Below, in pieces: positions 41,651-54,011 of a stretch of 64,000 bases of DNA. The notes below the pieces were generated by a model. The model made no database searches and had not been told where the DNA came from. It worked only from the letters and a program-made list of their open reading frames with translations. Made by a program: the position numbers and the translations under genes. Source of the DNA: Macrostomum lignano (taxonomy: Eukaryota); assembly GCA_002269645.1 (NCBI GenBank), contig NIVC01000858.1, positions 186,001 through 250,000 on the forward strand, given 5' to 3'. How positions within the stretch are numbered: position 1 is the stretch's first letter; each line of letters opens with the position of its first letter.

Positions 41651-42458
41651 AAATTATTTTTATGTAATTGCAAGAGAAGTCATTTGGTTACTGTCAATGA
41701 AAAAAACACTTTTTATAAAATTGTAACATTTCAGTATGCACACCTGGTAAATAGATAAAATTATATTTCTGTTAGGAATTTTGTGTTGCCTTAAAGCTTT
41801 TCTTTGATTAAACACTAATAAGCTATAGCTAGTATATATAAATATAATAGTTTTTGAATAGCTTTTAGTTCAAGTATAATTTAAAGATTTCTATCTTTTG
41901 AAAGTTTCTATTTCTCATGGATTGACTGCTAGTTGGCAAATATAGCTCTAGCAAATGTTTAGTTAACAATTGAATTTTCTATCATATATGTAGTAGACTA
42001 AAAGCTTTTGTGCTATTATTTTGATAGGCTTAGAAAATTTTGGCTTTTAATAAAAGTCTTGCAATTAATTATACTGTTAGATGGGATTTTTTATGTTATA
42101 TTGTTGCAAATGCTACTAAAATTTCTAATTGCAACCAGTTCAAGCCTTCTGATATTATAGTAATGCTGAATATTTGTAGGCATTAAATTCCACGTATATA
42201 AGATGGATAATGAGTGATTTATGTATTGCATTTTAAACATTGTACATACACATGTTCATATGTCTACTTATCAATAGGCATAAGTAGACTGCTGTGGCAT
42301 GATGCTCTTTATCCCAAGGTGCATTAGACTTGGTCTGGTTTAGTATATGCTGTAACTAGTTGGCCTGGACATGGCTTGAATTGCATGCCTGTTTTGCTAA
42401 CACAGGTTATGCATTCCAAAGCCAGATTTACAAGTATAAAATTTCATTCTGCTATCTC

Positions 42459-44684
42459 ATGGAGGACCCGGCGCTAGAGATCCATTTCAAGGGCCACAAG
42501 GACGCCATCACCAGCGTTGACTTCTCGCCCAACGGCAAGCAGCTGGTGTCCGGCTCTCTGGATGGCAACCTCACCATATGGAACTTCAGGCCGCAGTCCC
42601 GCGCCTTCCGCTTCATGGGCCACAAGGAGGCCGTGATGGGCGTCCGCTTCTCCCCCACCGGCCAGCTGGTCGCCTCCGCCTCTCGCGACAAAACCGTTCG
42701 CCTGTGGACGCCGAGCGTCAAAGGCGAGAGCACCGCTTTCCGCGGCCACACGGCCGGCGTGCGGGCCGTTGACTTCACCGCCGACAACGAGCGGCTGCTC
42801 ACCGGCTCGGACGACAAGACCGTGAAAGTGTGGACTGTGCAGCGGCAGAAGTTCCTGTTCTCCCTCAGCCGCCACGTGAACTGGGTGAAGTGCGCTCGGT
42901 TCAGCCCGAGGGCCGCCTCATCGTGTCCGGCTCGGATGACAAAACCGTGCGCCTGTGGGACTGCCAGTCGCAGGACTGCGTCAGCACCTTCCAGGAGCAC
43001 GGCGGCCTGGTCAACGATGTGCAGTTCCACCCGGCCGGCAACTGTGTGGCCGCGGCCGCCTCAGACGGGTCCGTGAAGATCTGGGACATCCGCATGAACA
43101 AGCTGGTGCAGCACTACCCGGTGCACGAGGGCCCCGCCAATGGCATCGCCTTCCATCCCAGCGGCAACTTCCTGCTGTCCGCCGGCGACGACTCCACCCT
43201 GCGCCTGTACGACCTGCTGGAGGGCCGCCTCATCTACACGCTGCGCGGCCACGACGGCGCCGTCACCGCCTGCAGCTTCAGTGTGTGCGGCGCCAACTTC
43301 GCGTCAGGCGGCGCCGATCAGCAGGTGTTCCTGTGGCGGACCAACTTCGATCAGGGCGCTGGTGGAGCGCCGCAGGCGGAGACCATGGAGGTTGGCGAGG
43401 TGAGGCTGCGGCTAGAGTCGCCTGACGCGTCCTGGGTTTCTGGGAGTTTCTGGTTTCCAATTCGGGTTTAACGCACAGAAGCGCTGAGGGGGACCCGAAA
43501 GGCACAGTGAAATTTCAGTTACTGGGTGTGTTTTGCTTCTCTAGGGTTCGAGCTGTCAACACCTGTCGAATATTTAACCTTCACATCACCATGCTGAACT
43601 CTCGCAGCCGGCTCAGCCGCGCAAACAGCAGCAGGACGGAAGCCGACCCAGCCGCCAGTCCGGACACCAGCAGCAGCCTCTGGCCGGCCAGCGATCGGCC
43701 GAGCTGGCCAGCAGCTCCCGTCTCGTCACCGACGTTGGCCGGCACGGCGGCCGAGGCCCTTCGTCGGCATTCGATGACAGCCTGCCGCGGCCGAGTTTGG
43801 CGGCGCCAGTCAACGGCGGCGGGGTGGCGGCCGTCGGCAGCTCAACCGAGCAGCAGCAGCAGCCGGGCTCTGTGCCGCCCGTCATTGCCAACACGCTGGA
43901 GCACGTTGTCAGGCAGCTGGACATCCTCACGCAGGTGCGGGATTTGAGTGACGAATTTGCACTTTTTCTAGTGTGAACGGTGGGACCTGTTCACCCTGAC
44001 AATGCTGGCAGATTTGCACTATTTTCTAGTGTGAACGGTGGGACCTGTTCACCCTGACAATGCTGGCAGATTTGCACTATTTTCTACTGTGAACGGTGGG
44101 ACCTGTTCACCCTGACAATGCTGGGAGATTTGCACTATTTTCTAGTGTGAACAGTGGGACCTGTTCACCCTGGCAATGCTGGCAGATTTGCACTATTTTC
44201 TAGTGTGAACAGTGGGACCTGTTCACCCTGGCAATGCTGGCAGATTTGCACTATTTTCTAGTGCGAACAGTGGAACCTGTTCACCCTGACCATGATGGCA
44301 GATTTGCACTATTTTCTAGTGTTAACAGTGGGACCTGTTCATCCTGGCAATGCTGGCAGATTTGCACTATTTTCTAGTGTGATCAGTGGGACCTGTTCAG
44401 CCTGGCATTGTGGCAACGCTGGTAGATTTGCACTTTCTTAGAAATCGAATTCGAACTTGTGATAGTCCAGCATCTTGCGTGTTGTCAGCTGGTCTCAACC
44501 GCTGAGAGAGGACCCCAGTCGCTGACACATCATATATGCATCAATGGCTGCCATTTGTCATATCAAGTCATACCCACCCTCCCCCGCATTGCAGACCGTG
44601 TCCATCCTGGAGCAGCGGCTCACCTTGACGGAGAACAAGCTGAAGGACGTGCTGGACTCGCAGAGGCCACCGTCAGCCAAGTAG
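42459..44684 (+). CDS. POC1: Centriolar protein POC1 (WD40 propeller plus C-terminal Poc1 coiled coil). Exons 42459-43399 (1-nt frameshift near 42905), 43608-43934, 44595-44684
   Basis: [44 protein letters not shown][E][19 protein letters not shown], plus [17 protein letters not shown]|[16 protein letters not shown]. Phase-0 GT-AG junctions. Confidence 0.93.
43950..44435. repeat. 58-bp minisatellite (about 8 copies) in POC1 intron 2. Each unit carries a GTGAAC(A/G)G..CTGTTCAC hairpin
   Basis: Period measured from TGGGACC at 43981, 44039 and 44097. Confidence 0.93.
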
Positions 44685-44713
44685 CTGCTGACAGAAAGCT
44701 GCAGTCGCAGAGT

Positions 44714-44842
44714 TGGCTGGCATTGAGCAGGCTGGCATTGAGCAGGCTGGCATTGAGCAGGCTGGCGTTGAGCAGGCTGGCATTGAGCAGGCTGGCATTG
44801 AGCAGGCTGGCATTGAGCAGGCTGGCATTGAGCAGGCTGGCC
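44714..44842. repeat. 15-bp repeat (GGCTGGCATTGAGCA) just 3' of the POC1 stop
   Basis: Direct reading. Confidence 0.92.
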
Positions 44843-45305
44843 CACCAGCTCACTGAAGACTTTGCAGTTGCTTTCTGCTCTGTGCTGCTCTCCGTTGCTG
44901 TTTTATCCTGATCTGGGCGGGCCCGATCTTCATGTGTTCCACTGTATTTGTGTGACAATTCAAAACTGCTAGGGATCTACTTTGTTGGGATTCTGGCGAG
45001 CTCAAATAGAGAATTTAGCCTCGCTTAGCTTCATCTCTCCGTCCGTTGACTGCCAATCGAGTTATTAGCATTCCCATATTGTTTCATTCTAATGCCGGTT
45101 TTGCGAACTAAGTGAAATATTTTGACTTAATTGTTCTTGCGTTCAGTTTGCTGCTAATATTCATAGTAAATAAATTATTACTTATGCGACATTGCCTGGG
45201 AGAGATCCTGTGCGGCTTGGCTTCTCTTATTTCAATTGCCAATCAAATTTTAATTAAGAGACTGTAGTAATAGTGTTAAGACTAAATTAATTCTTTTAAT
45301 GCTCT

Positions 45306-45720
45306 CAGACTGAGCAGCCAGCCTCCCAGATCCTCAGGCTGAGCAGCCAGCCTCCCCAGATCCTCAGGCTGAGCAGCCAGCCTCCCAGATCCTCAGGCTG
45401 AGCAGCCAGCCTCCCAGATCCTCAGGCTGAGCAGCCAGCCTCCCAGATCCTCAGGCTGAGCAGCCAGCCTCCCCAGATCCTCAGGCTGAGCAGCCAGCCT
45501 CCCAGATCCTCAGACTGAGCAGCCAGCCTCCCAGATCCTCAGGCTGAGCAGCCAGCCTCCCAGATCCTCAGGCTGAGCAGCCAGCCTCCCAGATCCTCAG
45601 GCTGAGCAGCCAGCCTCCCAGATCCTCAGGCTGAGCAGCCAGCCTCCCAGATCCTCAGCCTGAGTAGCCAGCCTCCCAGATCCTCAGGCTGAGCAGCCAG
45701 CCTCCCAGATCCACAGGCTG
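45306..45720. repeat. 29-bp repeat (GCTGAGCAGCCAGCCTCCCAGATCCTCAG), about 14 copies, just upstream of CCT8
   Basis: Direct reading. Confidence 0.93.
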
Positions 45721-45836
45721 ACAGTCGAAAATCAGTTTATCTGGACATTCGAAGCAGTTTAGGGACTCTCTGATCGCAGGCAGCATCTCAACCTTCGGCA
45801 CTGTTTTATCCCCCGCTGCTCTAGCAACCGCCCACA

Positions 45837-48800
45837 ATGGCCCTGCACGTTCCCCGAGCCCCCGGCTTCTACTCCATGATGAAGGAGGGCGCCCGACACT
45901 ACGCCGGCATGGACGAGGCCGTGTTCCGCAACATCGAGGCCTGCTGCCAGATGAGCGGCATGACCAGCACCTGCTACGGGCCAGTCGGCATGAACAAGAT
46001 TGTCATCAATCACATCGGCAAGCACTTCATAACCAAGGACGCCGCCACCGTGCTGCAGGAGCTGGAGGTGGCCCACCCGGCCGCCAAGATGCTGGTGCTG
46101 TCCAGCAAGCAGCAGGAGCAGGAGGCCGGCGACGGCACCAACCTCTGCCTCATGCTGGCCGGCTTCCTGCTTAAGGAGGCCGAGAGCGTGTTGCGCATGG
46201 GCCTCAGCCCCACCGAGGTTGTGGCCGGCTATGAGAAAGCGCTGGAGATGGCGCAGAAGATGCTTGAAGACCAGATTGTTGGTCAGGTGAGCATTTGGCC
46301 AGTGTGTGGCGGAATTGCATTGCATCATGCAGTCAGTTTGATGGCCATAGCAACTTTTTGTAGCGATTTGATGACCACGTGGCTATTTAGTCACTCGATG
46401 CTTTTACGATCAGTTGATGCTCATAGGATCACACAAAGGTCATGCAATCAGTCGATGCTCATAGGATCACACAAAGGTCATGCAATCACTCGATGCTCAT
46501 AGATCACACAAAGGTCATGCAATCACTCGAAGCTCATAGGATCACACAAAGGTCATACAATCATTCGATGATCATACGGTCACTCGATGCTCATTCGGTC
46601 ACTTTTTGGCCATCTGGTCACTCGGTGGTCATACTATCACGGGTCATTCAATCACTCGGTGGTCATACGATCACTCGGTGGTCATACGATCACTTGGTGG
46701 TCATACGGGCACTCGGTGGTCATACGGTCACTCGGTGGTCATACGGTCACTCGGTGGTGATACGCTCACACTAAGGCATGATTAGCCCGCGAGTATCGCG
46801 CCTCCCCTCACTCCCCCTCCCCAGGTGAGCGACGTTCGCGACATCGCTCAGGTGGAGCCGCTGATCCGCTGCGCCGTGATGTCCAAGCAGTTCGGCCTGC
46901 ACGAACGCCTGGCCCGCCTGATCAGCGAGGCCTGCATCAGCGTGCTGCCCCAGGGCGGCCACTTCGATGTGGACCGCGTACGCGTCTGCAAGGTGCTGGG
47001 CGGCTCCGTTGACGGCTCCCGCCTCATCGGCGGCATGGTGTTCCGCCGGGCCGCCGAGGGCGACGTCACCCAGGTGATCCCGGAGAGCGGCCGCGTCAAG
47101 GTGGCCGTGTTCGCCTGCCCGGTGGACTTCCTGCAGACGGAGACCAAGGGCACCGTGCTGATGGAGACGGCCGCCGAGCTGGCCAACTTCTCGGTTGAGG
47201 AGGAGCGAATCATGGAGGCCCAGGTGCGCAGCCTGGCCGAGGCCGGGGCCCGGGTTGTGGTGAGCGGCGGCAAGGTGGGCGAGCTGGCCCTGCACTACCT
47301 GAACCACTACAACATCCTGGCTCTGCGGGTGTCCTCCAAGTTCGACCTGCGCCGCCTGGCCACCGCCACTGGCGCCATCGCCCTGCCGCGCCTCACCACG
47401 CCAACCGCGGAAGAGATGGGCTCCTGCTCCCGCGTGGTCACCCAGGAGGTCGGCGACACCAACGTAGTGGTGTTCGAGGTGAGACTGCATGTGCTTTGCG
47501 TCTGAAGCCACCGATGACTGACCGATATTTGGAGGGGCAGAGCAGCTCGGCTGTTAACGCGTCTTCGGCTCTCTCGCCAACCATCTGTATACTGGATAAG
47601 CCATCTGTATACTCGATGAGCCATCTGTATACTGAATGAGCCATCTGTATACTGGATAAGCCAACTGTATACTGAATGAGCCATCTGTATACTGGATAAG
47701 CCAACTGTATACTGGATAAGCTATCTGTATACTGGATAAGCCATCTGTATACTGAATGAGCCATCTGTATACTGGATAAGCCATCTGTATACTCGATGAG
47801 CCATCTGTATACTGAATGAGCCATCTGTATACTCGATGAGCCATCTGTATACTGAATGAGCCATCTGTATACTGGATAAGCCAACTGTATACTGAATGAG
47901 CCATCTGTATACTGGATAAGCCAACTGTATACTGGATAAGCTATCTGTATACCGGATAAGCCATCTGTATACTGAATGAGCCATCTGTATACTGGATAAG
48001 CCATCTGTATACTCGATGAGCCATCTGTATACTGAATGAGCCATCTGTATACTGGATAAGCCAACTGTATACTGAATGAGCCATCTGTATACTGGATAAG
48101 CCAACTGTATACTGGATAAGCTATCTGTATACCGGATAAGCCATCTGTATACTGAATGAGCCATCTGTATACTGGATAAGCCATCTGTATACTCGATGAG
48201 CCATCTGTATACTGAATGAGCCATCTGTATACTGGATAAGCCATCTGTATACTGGATAAGCCATCTGTATACTGGATAAGCCATCTGTATACTGGATAAG
48301 CCATCTGTATACTGGATAAGCCATCTGTATACTGGATAAGCCATCTGTATACTGGATAAGCCACCTGTTTACTGGATAAGCCATCTGTATACTCGATAAG
48401 CCATCTGTATACTCGATAAGCCATCTGTATACTGGATAAGCCACCTGTATACTGGATAAGCCACCTGTATACTGGATGAGCCATCTGTATACTGGATAAG
48501 CCACCTGTATACTGGATAAGCCATCTGTATACTGGATAAGCCACCTGTATACTGGATAAGCCACCTGTATACTGGATAAGCCATCTGTATACTGGATAAG
48601 CCATCTGTATACTGGATAAGCCATCTGTATACTGGATAAGCCATCTGTATACTGGATAAGCCATCTGTATACTGGATGAGCCATCTGTATACTGGATAAG
48701 CCATCTGTATACTGGATAAGCCATCCGTATACTGGATGAGCCATCTGTATACTGGATAAGCCATCTGTATACTCGATAAGCCATCTGTATACTGGATAAG

Positions 48801-49921
48801 CTATCTGTATACTGGATAAGCCATCTGTATACTGGATAAGCCATCTGTATACTGGATAAGCCCCACCTCTGCTCCATCTGTATACTGGATAAGCCCCACC
48901 CCTGTTCCATCTGTATACTGGATAAGCCCCACCTCTGCTCCATCTGTATACTGGATAAGCCCCACCCCTGTTCCATCTGTATACTGGATAAGCCCCACCC
49001 CTGTTCCATCTGTATACTGGATAAGCCCCACCCCTGTTCCATCTGTATACTGGATAAGCCCCACCCCTGTTCCATCTGTATACTGGATAAGCCCCACCCC
49101 TGTTCCATCTGTATACTGGATAAGCCCCACCCCTGTTCCATCTGTATACTGGATAAGCCCCGCCTCTGCTCCATCTGTATACTGGATAAGCCCCGCCTCT
49201 GCTCCATCTGTATACTGGATAAGCCCCGCCTCTGCTCCATCTGTATACTGGATAAGCCCCGCCTCTGCTCCATCTGTATACTGGATAAGCCCCGCCTCTG
49301 CTCCATCTGTATACTGGATAAGCCCCGCCTCTGCTCCATCTGTATACTGGATAAGCCCCGCCTCTGCGCCGCTTCCAGGAGGACAACTGCAAGATCTCCA
49401 CCGTGCTGCTCCGCGCCAGCACCGAGAACCTCCTAGACGATCTCGAGCGGGCCGTTGACGACGGCGTCAACGCCTACAAGGCGCTGACCCGCAACCCCCG
49501 CTTCGTGTCTGGCGGCGGCGCCACCGAGGCCGCCCTGGCCGTGAAGCTGGCGGCGGCCGCCGAGGCGGAGCCGGGCCTGGAGCAGTACGCCATCTCCCGC
49601 TTCGCCAACGCTCTGGACGCCGTAGTGAAGACCCTGGCCACCAACTGCTGCCTGAACGGGGCCGAGACGCTGAGCAAAATCCACGCCGAGCTGGCGGCCG
49701 GCCGCAAGCACATCGGCATCTTCTGCGACCCGGACAGCGGCGAGTCGGCCGTGGCCAATGTGTCCGAGCGGGGCCTGTCCGACCTGCTGCTGGTGAAGCA
49801 GTGGGCCCTCCGCCTGGCCTGCCGCTCCGCCTGCACTGTGCTCAGCGTGGACGAGATCATCATGTCCAGGCCGGCCGGCGGCCCGAAGCCGCGCGGACCC
49901 GGCGGAGACGATGACGATTGA
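45837..49921 (+). CDS. CCT8: T-complex protein 1 subunit theta, 548 aa. Exons 45837-46286, 46825-47478, 49379-49921
   Basis: MALHVPRAPGF..MKEGARHY.G.DEAVFRNI, GDGTN, MSKQFG, ISTVLLRAST.N..DD.ERAVDDGVN.YK, GGGATE and IIM.RPAGGPKP. Phase-0 GT-AG junctions give 150+218+180 aa. Confidence 0.96.
46420..46765. repeat. Compound degenerate repeats (about 38-bp GGATCACACAAAGGTCATGCAATCACTCGATGCTCATA, then about 20-bp GGTCATACGGTCACTCGGT) in CCT8 intron 1
   Basis: Direct reading. Confidence 0.85.
47580..49366. repeat. 20-bp minisatellite (CCATCTGTATACTGGATAAG) changing to 33-bp composite units at the 3' end, filling CCT8 intron 2
   Basis: Direct reading. Source of the YPVYRWLIQ repeat ORFs. Confidence 0.96.
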
Positions 49922-50564
49922 AGGAAGCTGAGCCGCTGATCCAGGATCCGGGTGCGGGGCCCGTTGCTAAGAGACCGATAGAGTGACAATTGCTGATTGG
50001 CTGAGGCTTGGAAGCTGCAATGTCTGCTTTGCTTGTTTTCTTCTTTTTTACTTTCTACCCGCCGTTTTTTACGCACCGAACTGACTGGAAGCTTCAATAC
50101 TAGGCTGGGGTGGCCCTTCTGCCCGAACAACTCATTGTTAACTGATTCCGCAAGTTTCTAATAGCAGCAAATTGTTAGCGCAGTGTTTATCCAGCTGTCT
50201 TTGCTCCCACTTATTTAGTTTATCAAAATATACCAGCCAAGACTTAGGACTGACTGAATGTTCCCCATCTCCCACTAGGCAGACGGCTTGAATTGCGTTC
50301 GCCTATTCCAGCTGAGACAGGTAGGCTATAAAAAAAGGTTTGCTTTGACAACAGAAATACACACGGGCTGCGGCCGCGACTTGTTGAATCTGATCAATGC
50401 CGCCTGTGGCTTGCGATCTGACTTGATTTATTTTCCTTCTATTTTACTTTTAACGCAGTATTCTTATTCAGATTCAGTAGCTATAGTACCGTCTGTCCAA
50501 ACATTCACTGTTCTCTGTGTTATTTTCAATGGGTTTATATTGGTAATCACTGGTAGTATCTTAG

Positions 50565-50890
50565 CCGTCAGCAGTGTCATCAGCCGCAATGTCAGCAGTG
50601 TCATCAGCCGTAATGTCAGCAGTGTAATCAGCCGCAATGTCAGCAGTGTCATCAGTCGTAATGTCAGCAGTGTCATCAGCCGCAATGTCAGCAGTGTCAT
50701 CAGTCGTAATGTCAGCAGTGTCATCAGTCGCATTGTCAGCAGTGTCATCAGTCGTAATGTCAGCAGTGTCATCAGTCGCATTGTCAGCAGTGTCATCAGT
50801 CGCATTGTCAGCAGTGTAATCAGTCGCATTGTCAGCAGTATAATCAGTCGCATTGTCAGCAGTGTCATCAGCCGCAGTGTCAGCAGTCGC
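50565..50890. repeat. 24-bp repeat (GTCAGCAGTGTCATCAGTCGCATT), about 13 copies, starting at the apparent stop of the bHLH-PAS gene
   Basis: Direct reading. Confidence 0.93.
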
Positions 50891-52378
50891 AGTGGTAGTG
50901 AGCATACATATCGGAGTAAGCGCCCTGGCAGCAGTCGCAGACGCAGTAGTCGTACCAGGCGTCCTCTGTCGCGTAGGCGGGATTCCAATCGGCCGCGATG
51001 TCGCAGCCGAAGCCGGGCTCCTCAGCTGTGGCGATGGCCTCCTCGGCAATGAGGCACCTATTCAGGTGGGTGAACAGGCGCAGAGCCGGCAGCTGCGCGA
51101 GCTCGGCCAGCCGGTAGCCGCAGCGCAACCCGGTCACGGCGCCCGTTGTCGAGTCCAGCACGGCGCGCAGGCTGGCCAGACAGGCGGGCCCCGGCTGGCC
51201 GTCCGGCCTGAGCAGCCGCAGGGCAGCGCGGGCCTGGCGGTCGGGGCTGGCCAGAGCCTCGGCGTGCATCCGGCTGGCCAGGCTGAGGTCACCAGGATGC
51301 AGCAAGCGGTACCAGCTGTGCCCGGCTGCCAGACCGGGGAAGTGGTCCAGGAACAGCTGGGAGGCGGAGCGCAGCCGCATGTCCAGCTCGTGCAGCGTCA
51401 GCAGGTCCAGCGTGCCAGCTGGAGCGGGTCCGGCTGATTCCTCCTGCAGCAAGCGGCACTCGGCCAGCAGCAGCCTGTGCTGGTGCTGATGCTGAATTGA
51501 TGGATGCTCGTAGTAGTAGGCCAGGTGCGGCGACGTGACCTCTCGGATGCTCAAGGTCACGTTCTGAGCGGTGGCTGCAAAGCATTCGGTTACTGAAATT
51601 CACCTGTGCCACATCTATATATGCGCTTGACACTTGGAAACTACAGGAAACTCCAAGCTTGACAATTGGGAAACTACAGGAAACTCCAAGCTTGACAATT
51701 GGGAAACTACAGGAAACTCCAAGCTTGACACTTGGGAAACTACAGGTAACTCCAAGCTTGAAACTTTGGGACAATACAACTACAAGACCCCGAGTTTAGA
51801 GGCTCGCCTTGCAATTTTGTCAAAGTTTCCATGCAAAAGCTGAACTCACGGGCCGGCATATCGCCTCCTCCATTTTCATCATTCTCTCCAGTCTGCTGCT
51901 GCTGCTGCGGCTGCTTTTTCTGCCTGGCCGTCTGGCTGACCAGAAATGCCAGCTCGCGGTTGCCCGCGACCTGTCCGTCCAGCAGCTGCTCCGGATTGGT
52001 GGGCAGGTCCAGCAGCTGGTCCAGGCTGCGGCACTGCGCCATCAGCTCCGTGTTTGTTTTCGGCAGGAACTGGTTGCAGTTGTCCGATATGTACAAAATC
52101 TCCAACTGCTGGTTCATCAGCACGAAGAAGAAGTCCAACGCGGCGCACGCCTCCGCGTTGCTAGGGGCAGTCTGGTCGTACAGCCCGTGCGGCAGAGTTG
52201 GCGGCATGTGCATGAGCTTCTTCAAGTAGGTGTTGGTCAGAGATAGAATGTGCAGATAGGACAGCTTCTTGGTGATCGACCTCGGCAGCGGCAGGCACTT
52301 CTTGAGCTCCACAATTTCCCTGTTGATTGACTCGCGCCTCACCTTGGAGGTCAGCTTGGGAAACAGCCCGCCGCTCAT
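50880..52378 (-). CDS. bHLH-PAS transcription factor, NPAS4/dysfusion-like, about 407 aa. Exons 52378-51850 and 51574-50880; C-terminus uncertain
   Basis: SKVRRESINREIVELKKCLPL..LSYLHILSL resembles the NPAS4-type bHLH. PAS-A: FFFVLMN..ILYISDN. PAS-B: LHELDMRL..SWYRLLHPGDL. Donor C|GTGAGT and acceptor TTTGCAG|CC join in phase 1. Confidence 0.8.
51625..51770. repeat. 33-bp repeat (GGGAAACTACAGGAAACTCCAAGCTTGACAATT), about 4 copies, in the bHLH-PAS intron
   Basis: Direct reading. Confidence 0.9.
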
Positions 52379-52941
52379 CTCTGCTTACAGCGTCGGATTT
52401 GTCTCAGGCCAAGAGAGTCTTGGATGTTAAATACGGCCGGAAAAACTTCGCTGCCAACCCATGATTAGCCCGCAGTTGCCGCTCCACAGTGATTAGCACG
52501 ACTTGCTTCAGTGACTCCGTGTGCCTCCCATCTGCCATGGCGTTAGTCCCAGTCAAGCTTATCTATCTCTGCCATCAGAGTTAGGTCTGGTCCTGTTTAT
52601 TAACTCTCTTAACTGTTTTTTAAAGCTTATTTCTTAATTTCGATGATCTGCGGTCGAATATATGGGTATTAGTCGTGTCTAATTATTGGCCAGTGATCTC
52701 CTTTACTGATAATATCTTGGGTTTGTTCCGGCAGCTCTGCTTTTTAGTCCTCCTATTTGCTCAGCCACTGTCTGTCAAAACCAGAACGCAAACAAATTTT
52801 TAAAGCCACAAGATAATCGAAACTGATCGTGTATAATTTATTGAGTAAATTTATCGCAATACAGAAAAGGCACAGTAGGAGCTGCTCATGCTCAATGATC
52901 AATTATTGTGGCAATGAGTTCATAATCAGCTAGGAGATTGC

Positions 52942-53241
<300 letters not shown>

Positions 53242-54011
53242 TTAGCTAACGGAGTTCGTGTGCGTTTTGAGTTGCTGCGGCTGCGCTTGTCTTGTGGCCG
53301 CCTGTCCGGCCTGTCTTTATGGCCTTCGGCTTCTCGGTGGCTTAGCTGCTGGTTTAGCTTCGCCCGCAGGAGTTTAGCTGCTCCGGCAGCTCGCTATTGG
53401 CTGGGCCAGGCCAGCTTGCCTGCAGGCCTTGGGCTCAGGTCGTTTAGCTGCAGTGCCCACCCTTGCGGCCCTCCATTCACTGGCGACCACCTCAAGTTCG
53501 CTTGTTTGCCGCTGTCAATGAGAGCCTAATTGCTAGGGTGGGCGGCTGGGTCTGCCCGGCTCGAGTTTCTAGAGTTTTCCGCGCGAGCAGTTACTCGAAA
53601 ATCTGCGAGATGAAATTGCCCTGGTGACCGTGCTTTTGTAGTTCTCAGAATTTGGATAACCCCTGTTGCATTTTTTCTCTTTGTGGCTGCTTTGTTGACA
53701 GCCAAACCGCTGGATGTTTCTTACGCATTGCCGACTGTTTGCGTTATTTCTCACGCATGCTGACTGGCTTTTGTTTAATAGCTTATGAAAGTGGCGCTGC
53801 ATCAGTGAAGCTCGTCTATTTCCTCTGCAATCTATATCGATTTCATCGTACCTTTGGTTTGGGTATTTGGTTTAGGGTACTCCTTTGGTATTCCAATACG
53901 CCTTCCAATTGATTTCTAGATTAAAATTTGAATTTTTTTTCCATAATGTTGCTGCATTTTTTACTTTAATATAGCTGATAATTCAAGACTGCCATTTTAC
54001 TTCATTTGCAG

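Noticed and set aside
42360-42458. N-terminal extension of POC1 from the TTG at 42360
   Set aside because: AT-rich, non-coding-looking sequence. Homology starts at MEDP (42459).
50540-50882. Multi-selenocysteine tail (Selenoprotein P-like) on the bHLH-PAS protein
   Set aside because: I found no convincing SECIS (RUGA..AA..GA with paired stems) downstream. Unit variants show no codon-position constraint, and two other frames are fully open.
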